From Podospora anserina (Eukaryota): a stretch of 64,000 bases of DNA. Each line of letters starts with the position of its first letter. Position 1 is the first letter of the stretch. Shown one piece after another: positions 25,095 through 37,139 of the stretch. Made by a program: the position numbers and the translations under genes. The DNA lies in contig CM030332.1 in the NCBI GenBank assembly GCA_017654855.1, positions 2,108,001 to 2,172,000 on the forward strand, in the 5' to 3' direction. The notes under the pieces were generated by a model. That model did no database searches. It was not told the origin of the DNA and saw only the letters and a list, made by a program, of their open reading frames with translations.

Positions 25095-25200
25095 TCAAAA
25101 CCAAGCCGTTTAGAGGAGAGGTAAAAGTCGTAACAAGGTCTCCATTGGGGAACCAGGAAAGGGACCATTAAAGAGTTGCAAGACTCCCCCAAAACCATCT
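25095..25200 (+). pseudogene. Dispersed, degenerate rDNA fragment: 18S rRNA 3' end plus start of ITS1
   Basis: TTTAGAGGAGAGGTAAAAGTCGTAACAAGGTCTCCATTGGGGAACCAGGAAAGGGACCATTAAAGAGTTGCAAGACTCCC closely follows the conserved fungal TTTAGAGGAAGTAAAAGTCGTAACAAGGTCTCCGTTGGTGAACCAGCGGAGGGATCATTACAGAGTTGCAAAACTCCC, with several substitutions and indels. No other rDNA flanks it. Confidence 0.85.
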
Positions 25201-28200
25201 AACATCAACCCACCGACAGCGTGTCATGGGCAGCAGAAGGTGAAAATGCCATCGTATTCTGCGACACTGCCGCCATATTGTCACCTCCGAAGGCAACTCA
25301 ACCGACGGTTGGCGACGGCGACAAACAAGTCGACGACCGGGTCATGTGGCACCAAAAGGACATCTTACTCAAGGGTGGGCCGGGCTAGGACAACCTGTTG
25401 AAGAGTGCAGTTGACGGCTGCGCGGGTGTAATGGGCGCCGAGTGTGTCACCGCGCATAGGCCGTGTTATCGTGGGCGTCCTGATGCATCGAGTTTCGGAA
25501 GATCTCATTGTCCCGCCTGAAGATATCCAAAAATTGCTGGCTTGTCTGAGATCTTCGTGGTACTGAACATGGGGCTTTGGAGCCATCGGGGCACTCGCGG
25601 AGAAAATCAGATTTCCAACGCCGCCTGGGCAGACCACGCCTGCGAGGCTCTCAGACCCGTAGGCAACCAAGACGCTAACATGTGGGAAGAATACTGGCTG
25701 CTGTCCCCAACACAAGCCCGGGGCTTGATGGCTGAATGACGCTCGGACAGGCATGGCCCGTTGATCATGGCCTGCTTCTTTTTATATTCAGGCGCATCCG
25801 GCCTGTCCTCGGGGCGCACAGGTGTGACACCACCAGGCGCAATGCCCGCCCCCCAACACCTGCCGCTGTTTTGCTTGAGCCGAAAGTGCTTTACCCCTTT
25901 GGGTCTTTTGGATTAGGCTGTACCGGTTCTCGTATTGTTGTCATGTATGCCGTTAAATTGGGAGGGGGCAAGCAAAGGATGACTGACGACATTTGCTCGA
26001 GGAGGACCTGGGAATGAACCATGCGATCAGCTGTGTACGAAGAATGATAACAGAGCACAAGTGACAAAATGACATACGGGAGCCCTCATCAAAATCGGAC
26101 CATTCACGATTCAAGCCTCCGGCAAGCGAAGGATACACACTGTCTTGCAACCAAGTCACTTCCCGTCTCCGCAACTCCATATCCCTAATGGGATATTTGC
26201 TGTGAGTGAGCCGACATCCACAGATGTCCATCAGAGGCTGTAAAGGCGACTTCCGCATATGTTGAAGTGTCATGTTCAGGAGCCATGACGACCAGTCTCG
26301 AAATATTGACAGTGACGGAACTAAGAGCCAACAGGACGACGAATATGGCGATATTGGAAGTTTCCTCGGCCCCGCAGCTCGGATCGAGATCCCTACGACA
26401 GGTGTTCACACCCACGTTACCGGAATATCTTTGCGGTGGTTCGTGAGACCGATCGGTTGGCTGGCATGGTGCGATGGTCCCAGGTTGTTTGCATGTTGAG
26501 TAGCCAATAGCACGACAATCTTGAAAGAGTCGTCAAGCGAAGCATGTGCTCAATGTTGATAACACACCGGAAGTGGCTTTTTTGACCAGGATGTCCAGCC
26601 TCAAGTCACCGAGACATGGCTCATGGGAAGCTTCTCAGTGGGCATGGCGAGCTTTGTGAGGCGCTAACTGTAAAGCATGTGCATCTCCTACACTTCTGCG
26701 GTTTCGAGAAACCCGGGACTCACTGCTCACGACTCCCATCAATCCACCTGCCCAAGGCCCTCTCAACGGCTCTTACACCACCGTTTGCGACAGCTATCAA
26801 TCAATCCACCCGCCCAGGGCCCTCCTGACTGCCCTCCCAACTGGAAGCTGTGAGCAAAGGTGGCGCTATTGATGATGTGTGGAAGAGAAGGTAGGGAATG
26901 ATGGTGGCTCAGACTGCAAGATGAAGAAGATTAAGACAGTGAGCCTGTGCCCACGCCTCAGAAGAGGCACCGTGATGCTCTGAAAAGGCTGGTGGTGCTT
27001 TGGCGGGTAGGTCTCCTGGGAGATGGGCCAAGTGGTTGGCTAAGAATGTATATGTAGTCCCTTTCGTTTGACCACGGTGCCTTTCTCCCCCATCGTATGC
27101 TTATGGGCGGACCTGGGTCGGATCGCACACCAGGAAAGGACAGATGGATAGCAACTTGTCCAGATATGGAACGCCGGAGGATGATGTCCAGAGCAAGGTC
27201 ATTTGGCCTGTAGAGTGGCTGGGCTCATAGGTTGCTAGCGGGAAGCAACGTTGGTTTTTCCCTGCTGCTTTTGCCTGTATATCAAACAGGACCAGGCCCC
27301 GGCTATCGTGTTTGAAGCCCTCACTTCGAAAGTTGCCTTCTGAGAGACGAACTGAAGAACTGACGTATGAAAAAGCGAGCCATGTCGTATTGTCCAAATC
27401 TTGGAGCCCCTGGTCGCCCCCCAACATGCCAGACTGTAAGGTTTTGTGGTGATTGGCAAGCTGGTATCTGTATGGAACTATGAAGTGCGGTTAATAAGGA
27501 GTCTGCACCACTGCATGATGGTATGAAGAAGATGGGGAGATGATGAATTCTGCAACCAACGTGAGGCCGAAAATGTCCAAGCCATATACGAAGCAATCAA
27601 ATCAAGCGATGAAGAAAGACAAGAGAAAGAAGAGAAAGAAATGCAATGACCAAAGAGAAGGCCAGTAGTAGAAAAGCAAAGGCTAGAGCCTAGAATGTGA
27701 GGAGAGATACTTACTCGAGTAGGGCCTACATTGGGACGCCATGATCTCGGTGCTCTGTTGTTTGATGAACAGGAAGGCTTGACAGGCCGTGGGTGGGAGA
27801 TGGCTGGCCCAACCTCTTAGGCAGATGCTAAATCGATAGGAAGGCGTGCTGGGGGGTGTATTGATAGTCCCCACCACTGCTCGCAATGTGTGACAGTGTG
27901 TTGTGAGTGTGGGAAAAATGATTGAACAACATCGTTCTACTTGCAGTCTTCTCAGAGACCACGATGATGTCTGTCGTGCTTGTGTGATGGTCTCAGCCAA
28001 CCGAGGTAGCTCGAAGGCACCCTATCAAAAACTGGTTATGATGGGATGAAGGCTATGAAGACCATGAGTCGGGGGACACAGTATCTGCTGCATACTGGCT
28101 GAACGCCTTCAAGTCGGAGTAGATGCCTGACCTTTGTGATGTCTTCTCCGTCGTTTACCCCGTATCTCAGGGAACGGCTCCTTGTCGGTCGAAGACCCGA

Positions 28201-28604
28201 AGTGTGATTATGGTAGTCCAGTAACTGAAGTTCTTGTAACCTGCGAAAACTTGTCCCACCGTTGAGCCTTTCCCACAGTCTAAGTCCACGGAGCTTGACA
28301 CGGTTGACAACGCTGGTTGAAGTTGGACCCTCATTGTCAACAAGAGTGGCGCGGAATGTAAAGACACGGACAACTTATTCGACGCAGGTACTTTGAGTGG
28401 CCAGCGCATCCTTCTTACTCGAATCTTCCTGATGAGACATCGTCTCTCGAGGGGGCTTTGATGTAATATATCAGGATCTGGAGTGAGAATAGAACGTTAG
28501 AAGGCGTGGTCGGCGATGGAGATAAGGGGGAAGACCAACCTTCTTGGTGGGTCGTCGAGCCTTCTTAGGTAACCTTGAGTCCCGCAAAACTCACCAGTGT
28601 AAAT

Positions 28605-29061
28605 CCTCCTCTTTAGTTATTACCCCTTCCTGGGCCTTTTTGAGTCGGTTGGCGTCCATGAAGAAAACACATCCTCCTCTTGAGGTATTACCCCTTCTTG
28701 GGCCTTCTTGAATCGGGTTGAGTCCATGAACATAGAGACCCTCCTCTTGAAATATTACCCCTTCCTGGGCCTCCTTGGATCGGTAATACGGTCGTGGCCC
28801 ATGAATGCACACCCTCCTCTTGAGTTGTTACCCCGTCATGGGCCTCCTTGGATTGGTAGCTCGGTTCGAGTCCATGAAAGATCATCCATCTTTTGAAGTA
28901 TTACCCCTTCTTGGGCCTCCTTGAATCGGTCGAATGCTCGTGGCCCATGTTACATGTCCTCCTCTTGAGTTATCACCCCTTCCTGGGCCTCCTTGAATCG
29001 GTTTGTATGTCCGAGCAAGCACCCTCCTCTTGAGTTATTACCCCTTCCTGGGCCTCCTTGA
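28605..29061. repeat. Seven-unit tandem array: conserved core CCTCCTCTTGAGTTATTACCCCTTCCTGGGCCTCCTTGAATCGG separated by variable 21-29-nt linkers
   Basis: Core starts at 28605, 28673, 28740, 28813, 28886, 28958 and 29023 (periods 68, 67, 73, 73, 72, 65 nt). Confidence 0.92.
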
Positions 29062-31648
29062 TTCCCATGAGGTCTTCGGGGATCTCATGGTCGACTTGGC
29101 CTGGATCGGGCCTCAGAGACAGGCAAATGGAGGGATGTCTTGGAGGTAATGCTACAGGTGGCATGTCAGTGGATGTACTTGTGTGGGTGACTTTCAGCAT
29201 CTGATGGGCGAGGAGACTGACGATCAGGGAGTGGGTTGCAACGCCAACAACCTGGGCTTGATCATTGACAGGATGATGAAAATAGGCAGAACACTCAACG
29301 CAAGATGAGCCAAAGATTGGAAGAAGACGAAGAAGAACACGAACATTTGTGGCCACAGAAAAGTGATTTACCAAAAAAGTCAGAATATCTCGGCAGAAGT
29401 GGCTCAACAAACAAAGTTTCGACAGGTGTTAGAGTCAAAACACAAGAAAGATCCGCAGTCCTGCGGTAGGACAACCTCGCAGCCTCCAACTCCCCCCTCG
29501 TCTCGGCATCTCCAAGCTTTCCTCACTGAATCTTGCTCGGCTCCGCCCTCCCAGAGTGACCAGAAGCGGGTACAAGTGACAAGATCGAGCATAGTTCAAT
29601 GGAAGGCGGGTACGTTCTGTTCAGCATTACACACGCTCCTTCCCCATCCATCCCCTCGCTGCCTTGGACACCGTTCCCTCACAACGTATTAACTCACTCT
29701 GCCTAGCTCTGGACCCCTGAGGGACTCCACTCTAAGAAGCTGAAGGTCTAAAAGGCGGGTACGTTGCGTCCCTTGATGACCAACCTATCCGCTTTCCTCT
29801 TTCAGTTTCAAAATCCCCGCCTGGCCTTCACTTATTCGATGCAGGGGTAAGTTGTTGGGAGAGCCAGGCGGTCAAAGCTTAAGTAAGGGAGCGGAATGGT
29901 CCGGAGACAGGCGCATACCTCCTTGTGCAGTTGAAATTTATGCCGAGAGAAAGAGGGCAGCGAAGAAGGAACAGTCATGCCCGTCAAGGACTTGGTGGGC
30001 ATCTGGCATGTGAACCTGCATATATCACAATATCCAAGGCAAGAAATGGCAAGCAACATGTCACAAGTTGATTTTGAAAGAAAGCTGCAGACAAGGGCTG
30101 CTTTTTTCTTTGATTTTCTGGCTCGAGTGACGGTTCCAATGGTCAAACTGGCCCGGGGGCAGGATGGAGCTGGACGGGACGAATAGATTAATGTCCGAAT
30201 TTAGTCATCACGGGAATTCTGTGATGTGTAATGTAACAAAATATGAGGAGCCTCTGTCAAAGTGCTTTTTTTTTTTTTTGGAAATCAGTGTTTGGAGGAC
30301 GCTCAAGTGCTCTTTGTTGTGAAGCGGGAACCCACGGAGCTCACCACCTTGCAGATTGAATTCATGAAGCAGCCCTAGGCCCACCTCATGCGAGAGTGCT
30401 TCAGGTCATGACGGTCGGTAGCCGTTTGTTCGGTTACTTGCGTTCTAAGGAGTCTATTTCTCTAAGGTCACGTTCGTTGCCAAACCGAGGTAATGTGTTG
30501 TGATTCCTTTCATATCGTGTAAAAGAGTTCGGTCAGCTGGAAAGTCCTTCACCACTTTCTCATACATGCAACCACACCCACAGCTAGACATGTCTCATTA
30601 ACACTCCTAGCACTTATAATGTAAATGGGTTTTAAGAACAGATGACATCTGCAATGTGGTTTTGTACATAGGTATCAAATGAGAAGTTGATGAAGAGCAG
30701 TTAATTCATGATTCAATAGGGTTAGGGTTAGACATGGGAAAGACCAGTGCACAGGAAATCGTCAAACTTTTGAAGCATATCTTCTTCCAAATCCGTAGTA
30801 TGGATTTTTGTCTTGTTAATGTTTGTACGAACAGGCCATCAGGACATCGATCCATTCATCGGTTTTTATCTTGGCATCTGAAGTACCAAGACCTGATCGT
30901 GATGAACTTCGATGACGTCGGATGCAACATCAAGCCAGAAAAAATGGTTCCATGGTTGAGCCACTATTATTCCCGGGTGGCATATTCGATTTGGGATGCC
31001 GATGAAGAATCCTATATCTCGCACTCTCTGGGTATCATTATTCCGAGACCGATATTGTTGTCACGCACACATCAACGTGTTGTTATCCCCGGAATTCTGA
31101 ACGGTAGCTGCTGGAGCATGCCGTCACGGGTGTCTCATTTGATTCTTGAACTCCATCCACATCTCTGAGATAAGAAAAAAGCTTGTCATCTAAGGTATGG
31201 AATATCAGGCCTCCATCGGTCTTCTATCACTGAAATATTATTCCGAGCCAACAAGCATCATGCGCTGGCTATGTGTCATACTCCAATCCGGGGCCTGGCG
31301 GGTTTCAAGGCCGAATCCTTTGATGCCAAGCCACTTATGGAAGCCTGGCGCCAACAGATCAGGTGAGGTCATTGGTGACCAGTGACAAGTTGGTGCTGTG
31401 CCCCATATCCCCTCGCCAAAGCACCACACTGCCCATCAGGAACCCGATGTACTGAAATCCGCCTTTGCCGGACCTATCCCATGACATAGCATCTCCCAGA
31501 CTCCAAGCCAGCGAAAAACAAAACCTCTCCCCTTTCCTTTCTTCAATGCCAGTTGCTGGCATCTGTTTCTGCCAATTACTCAAGTCTATTTTGCTGGCCC
31601 CGCTTTCTTCAAACATTTCGTCAGATATATCTAGGCAGGTTTGGTGGT

Positions 31649-32458
31649 ATGACGGTCGATGAGGAGGGAAGGCGTTCGCGGCGGCCAAGGGTACGGGCTA
31701 TCGGTGCTCTGGGCGTGCCTTTCAACTTCCTCCAAGTTGCCCTGAGGTTCGCGACGTGTCTCTATGAGGTGGGATTGATTGCTTTTTTCGCGTGGCTGTA
31801 TGATCACTGGAGACGGGAAGAAACTGCGAGGGTCGATTTCCTCTTTCCGTCGTTCTTCCCGGTAAGTTCTGCTCTGGTTGGAATGGTCATTGAGACAAAT
31901 GTCTGAAGGAGACACTAACATGCCGAGGCAAGCTTGGTGTTGGTATTTTGGTCGATGTATACGAATTTGTGTCGTTGCTTTGGTTCGATCGGAGACGGGC
32001 TATTAATCCCGTTGCTGTTGGATTCGACGTTGCTCTAACAGGAACGGGTGTCTTTTGTTTCTCGATCTTGAATATGGTGGACGATAGGCCGAAGTGGAAC
32101 TTCAACGGGCCTGACCGCCGCCACCAAGCTTGGGTTTTGGACATGAGAAATGCAATGATATTCATGGTAGTCTATTCGTGAGTTGCAAATGCGTTTGATT
32201 TAACGATATGGAATTGCTGACAGTTGAAATAGAATTCTGCATGCCACCTTTGTGGTCCTGGCAGCAGCGGGCGTTGTCAAAATGTACATGGATATTGGAA
32301 ACACACGGAAGGCGAGACGACTGGCGGAAGCCCAGTTGCAGATGCTGCAGTTCAGCCAAGTGGCAAGGCCTGACAAACGGACAGATGCTGCAGCTGTTAC
32401 AGAGGTACCGATAGATCCTCCAACAGCTGTTCACTTGGATACATCAAGGGACCCATAG
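31649..32458 (+). CDS. Small integral membrane protein with about 4 TM helices (MARVEL-like topology); exons 31649-31861, 31933-32177, 32233-32458
   Basis: ORF pieces 31553-31906, 31948-32181 and 32252-32458 join in frame via GTAAGT...CTAAC...AAG and GTGAGT...CTGAC...TAG introns. Four hydrophobic segments are followed by a polar C-tail. Confidence 0.75.
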
Positions 32459-34084
32459 TTTGAGATTCCTCATATTCACATGAATCAAATGGCATTGGTC
32501 TGGCGTATGATATTCAGGCATGACCAAACTGTGTACGTAGGCTGTCAACGGACACCACAGGCGAGGCGGACTGCAACCAAGGGAGCGGATACCACACATG
32601 TCCCCTCCAGGGCCAAAGCAGCTGGAAGGGGGAAGGAGGGTACGAGGGAGGACCTTCTTGAGCACCTCGTCCTTGGGGAGTTCGCGGCGTAGGTCGGCAA
32701 GTGGTGGAAGTACCTTGGTACCAGACCTGAGCCTTGTCTTAGGGTAATGAAGGTCCTCGCAGGCAACAGCCCCTGCACTGTTTTGTGGACTGGGACGCAT
32801 TCGAAATTCTTCCACCTTTCAGTCTTCTGCCTCGATTTCGCCTCTCACCACCCACCTCCTCATCATCCACATTCCACTTGGCAGCGATTCCACCATGTCA
32901 TTCCGTCACCCCATCACTCCATCATTCCAGCTAAAGTTCATTGGTGTCTCGCCTTTGGCTTGAGTCTGTAGGTTGCCCTGTACTTAAATCCCTGGCTTGT
33001 TTGTCGCTAACGATTCAGGTGGTGGTTCAAGTGGTGGTTAAAGCATGGGCTGCGTCGACAACGGGGACACATGTACCAGCTTGATTTTGTCCCCAGCCCA
33101 GCCCGATTTCATCCCCAGAGCTCACACTGAGTTCGCATTGCCAAGGTACGATCGAATCCTCAGCTTCCACTCTATTGTCCCACTTGTCTAACTGATCTTC
33201 AGACAGGGTTGACCTCCGGAGGGGATGGTCCCAGTGGCAGCAACGGACCCCGAGCCTGAGTCCACATCAGTCTTGCTCAATGTTATGAGTCCACATCGGT
33301 CTTCACTCCAGTGTCATGACCTTTCTGTCTATCGAGAGGCGTCCACACCCAAGCTCAGGGTCAACAAGCAGCCCTGATGACGAGGTTGACAACAGGGAGT
33401 TTGCTGGGTAATTGGCCAGCATCAAGCAGGGCACCAACCTGAATGCCACCGAGAAGGCCGACGAGAAGAGACAAAAATCGGTGAAGCAGTCTCGTACTCA
33501 GGTTATCGACGAGAAGCCCAAGGAGCCCAAGGGCAGAAGATTGTCATGGTGGTGTATCATAATTCATGTACATAGCATCTTTTGTATCTATACAGGGAAA
33601 GCAAGAAAAAAAAACATCTTTGGAATTCGTCGTTGTCATGCTGTGACACCTTCATGACGCTGTTAGCTTGTAAAGCCGCCATCAAACCGGTGGATGACTA
33701 ACCTGTGCTGAGCGCGGGGTCAAGGCTATCCCCTCCAGGCCGGTTTGGTCATCAAACCAACCTTCATTACTCAGCGAGGGGTCAAAGTTGTCCCCTTCAG
33801 TGAGGACAACACTGCGATTGTGTCTCCAACATCCAAGACTAGAACATGGGAAGGGAAATACTTTAAGTCCCATATCCCCTTTCCATTGTTTCCAAACCGC
33901 ACGTATAAGTAGGTACAATAAAGCCGCTCGACAGTGTGCGTCTTTCCTCCTCCTCATTCTATCTCTACCCTACGCTTGAATCACTCTGGGCTACTCAATT
34001 TACGTTTGTTTTCGTCTTGCCGACACCACACCGGCATTCGCAAAATAAAAATCCACATATACAGATCCAGCGCCACACAACAAG

Positions 34085-34692
34085 ATGGCCTCTGGTACCG
34101 CTGACAAGTCGAAGCCCTACGTCCCGCTTGCCGGCCTCGCCGGGGACGGTTGGTACAAGGACGGCAAGGCGACAGCCACCTGCTACTGTGGCACGGTGCA
34201 GCTCATTGTAGTGAGTCCAACACTCTAGCCCAGCCGGAAAATCAAAGCCGACGTGTATGATCCCACAAACAGTCCCTCGACGGCGTCGTCAACACCTTTG
34301 TCTGCAACTGCGCCGACTGCCGCAAGATCACCGCGTCCATGTTCGCCAGCAACTTCACCGTCAAGAACTCCCACTTTGAGTACGCGCGCGGGAAGGACCG
34401 TCTCAAGACGTTTAGCCAGTCCCAGACGATCGCTTCGGGCAAGGCGATGACCAACTACTTCTGCGAGAACTGCGGTACGCTCATGTACCGTGTTGGCGAG
34501 CGCTTTCCTGGAGTGAGCATCCTGCGCATTGGCACTGTTGACGACTTTTCGTTGCATGAGACCAGGCTTCGGCCACGACAGGAGCATTGGACTAAGGACC
34601 GTGTCTGCTGGTTTACGGGAGTCCAGGGGATAGAGGAGACTTTTGAGGTTCAGGGGCGAGGGGGAAGAAACGGAGGCATCAGCAATCTTTAA
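34085..34692 (+). CDS. GFA/Mss4-like (CENP-V/GFA, DUF636-type) Zn-binding protein; exons 34085-34210, 34273-34692
   Basis: Spliced product has ATCYCGTVQL...FVCNCADCRKITASMF...NYFCENCGTLM, the CxC / CxCxxC / FCxxCG pattern of the GFA family. Intron GTGAGT...CAG. Confidence 0.88.
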
Positions 34693-35867
34693 TGATTTCC
34701 AACGGGGAATAGATATTGGATCATGTCCTGGAGGGTGTTCAGGACTCATTAACGGGTAATGTACATTATCAGAACAAGTTTTAGCTGAATGGGAAGAAAT
34801 GGGTGAATCTCGGTTAAGGTACCCTGTGAGTTCGGATCAAGTTGGTACCTGAAGACACTGAAGATACAAAGACAGGTTTTGTCCACACTCAGACAAGGCA
34901 GATACATCTATTGAACAACAGAGAATAACAGAAGGCCCTTAGAGGAAAATACGATATGTAGTGATGGAGTGGAGGGTACGGTGGTTACAGTCGTGCGGCG
35001 TACGAATTCCCAGGGCCAGACAATAGCTTGGCGTTTTCAAACGGGGAAATCAAAATGTCGAGATATAGACTGTAGCTGTCCTGGCCGAATGCCTAAGACA
35101 TGAGTAGTTAAATATATACTTCAAACCTATCGGAAAGATCTATCACTACTGTCGCGTTGACTTGACAATACATCCAACCACTGTATGCACTTTGAAAGTA
35201 ATCCAGTCAAGACATCGTCACCGTCATACCCTAACCCTACCCCATGTCATGCCGCCATGAGCCCAGCATGACCGAAGAAGCTGAGCACAGTGAGTGAGCT
35301 ATATGCCGTAGAGCTGTTCTGGGGTGGCATATGCTAGGCTCAACAACCGGTGCGGTCTCTGTGTTGGCCGGTGCGTCCTTCTTGTGGCATAGGATGACTG
35401 ACGGGGTTGAATCGGTTGATGGCAGAGTGCTGGACCGGGGACGAGAACAGGGCGATAGACAAGTGTCAAGAAGACTGGGTGTGTATGAATGATATTGATG
35501 GGCTGGCTCTGCCATCAGGAGAAATCAAAACATGGAAGCCCTGTCCAAACTTCAGGGGGTGTGCATGTGGAGAGTCTGTCTTCTGAACTGAAAACCTTCC
35601 AACCCTTGGCCAACAACGTCACTCTTGGGAACACGGCGGTCGACTAAACTTTGGCCTCGAGGATGGAGCTTGTTATTGACCTATGGTAGGCCGGTTTCCT
35701 GTGGCTATGCGGGTGTCAGGGTGGGTGGGACAGACGGCGGTTGTGTTCATGGGTCGGAGAATATGACGTAGTGCGGGGCGGCGTCGAAGCCAAGGCAAGG
35801 GTGCAGCAACGGTTTGGTCTGTGGGCGGCGAGAGCGGTAAGTCAAATAACCAGGAGAGATTTGGAGA

Positions 35868-35873
35868 TATAAA
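35868..35873 (+). promoter_or_regulatory. Candidate TATA box of the small Gly-rich gene
   Basis: TATAAA about 145 nt upstream of ATG 36016, followed by a CA-rich leader. Confidence 0.45.
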
Positions 35874-36015
35874 GCGGTGGCTCGCCAGGGGAGAAACACT
35901 GAAGCCCATGTCCATCAAATTCCAACTCCAAATCCATACAAAAGCCTCAAGCCAACATACTCCAGTTGGAGAATTGCAACATCTTTCTGCCCATTCTTGA
36001 ACCAACACTCTCACA

Positions 36016-36291
36016 ATGCTCGAAGACAAGAACAAGAGCTCAGGCGTCACTGGTGCCGGAAAGGTCGTCACCTCCACACTCGGGAACACAGTCGGCGGCT
36101 TGACAAACACGGTTGGAGGCGTTGTAGGTGCAGCGTCTCGTGGCATTGGGGAGACGGTGACAGGGGCCACAGGTGGGCTCGGGAGACCTCTTGGGGATGG
36201 CATTGCCAACATTGGGACTGGTGTCGAAGGGGGAGCTGCTACTGTCGCCAAGGGGGTAAAGGATGCTGGCGAGTGGAAGACAAGCCGATAA
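36016..36291 (+). CDS. Small Gly/Thr/Val-rich amphipathic-repeat protein (91 aa; LEA/hydrophilin-like)
   Basis: Good start context (CACAATG), upstream TATA, and repeated GNTVGG/TNTVGG/GETVTG units typical of small fungal stress or spore proteins. Confidence 0.75.
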   Translation: MLEDKNKSSGVTGAGKVVTSTLGNTVGGLTNTVGGVVGAASRGIGETVTGATGGLGRPLGDGIANIGTGVEGGAATVAKGVKDAGEWKTSR

Positions 36292-36749
36292 GGGTGGTGC
36301 AAGGGGATGGGCGAGTGGTGGTCGCTGATAATTCTGTACTGGAGCCTACCCGCCTGGTATTCAGATTCAGCGGTCGAAATAGGGTGGAGGCCCAGAGTCA
36401 AGTGCCTTCTCTCTCTGATACTGAGGATGTAGAACTCTAGGTATTTGATTGTGTTATGCATTTCAAAATGCCAGAATTATTGCATACGGTTTTCTGCTGA
36501 AGCAGGCCCTACAGCATAGTTGGAATAAAGTGATGGATCTGAGGGCTTGGTTGAGCGATTGGCCGGGAAAGTTCTTTCCATCTCGTACAGAAACAAATCG
36601 GCAGGTGCAAAAAGTAGTAGACATTCTGCCCCAAGGTTTTCAAGCTCGACTCCAACCTGGAACCTACTGAGAAACTCCAACACCAGCTCAATCACACACT
36701 CAGCATCTCCTCCTCACCCATACACTCGCATCCATTACAAACTGACACA

Positions 36750-37139
36750 ATGGAACCTAAGAATCATCCCCAGGTCCCTTCGCGCCCTGTTACACCGCCC
36801 TCTCTTCCTCCCTGGCCCACCACCCCCCCTCCCAAATCACCCCCTGGCCCGAAGACTCCTCTCCCACCGTTGCCTCCTTCGCCGAGGCGTACCCCCCACT
36901 ACGGACTTTCTCGTCCTTGTTATGTTCTACCTCGGCCGGACACCCCGCCGGAAAGGCTCATCCCCAATTTGGGCCCTCTGCCGTATCAACTTCCCTATCG
37001 CCTTCCACCTTGCCCCGGACCGCCTCCTAATCGTCCCTTGCCTCCTACCCCCAAGAGGAGGGTCCCAGAAGATCAAGCGAGCGAGTCGAACGGCACCGAG
37101 TCGAAGGTTACCGAGTCGAAGACAAGCGACGCGAACTAG
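36750..37139 (+). CDS. Small proline-rich protein (129 aa), unknown function
   Basis: ACACAATGG start context after a CA-rich leader; repeated PxxPLPPxP motifs (PPGPKTPLPPLP, PPPNRPLPPTP) and a TESK-repeat tail. Confidence 0.5.
   Translation: MEPKNHPQVPSRPVTPPSLPPWPTTPPPKSPPGPKTPLPPLPPSPRRTPHYGLSRPCYVLPRPDTPPERLIPNLGPLPYQLPYRLPPCPGPPPNRPLPPTPKRRVPEDQASESNGTESKVTESKTSDAN

Noticed and set aside
28605-29061. Calling the array a CRISPR locus
   Set aside because: Eukaryotic context, no cas genes, repeats are degenerate and the linkers are homologous to each other.
30717-30731. Telomere-like TAGGGTTAGGGTTAG (also AGGGTTAGGGTT at about 2396)
   Set aside because: Only about two units; too short to call an interstitial telomere or fusion site.
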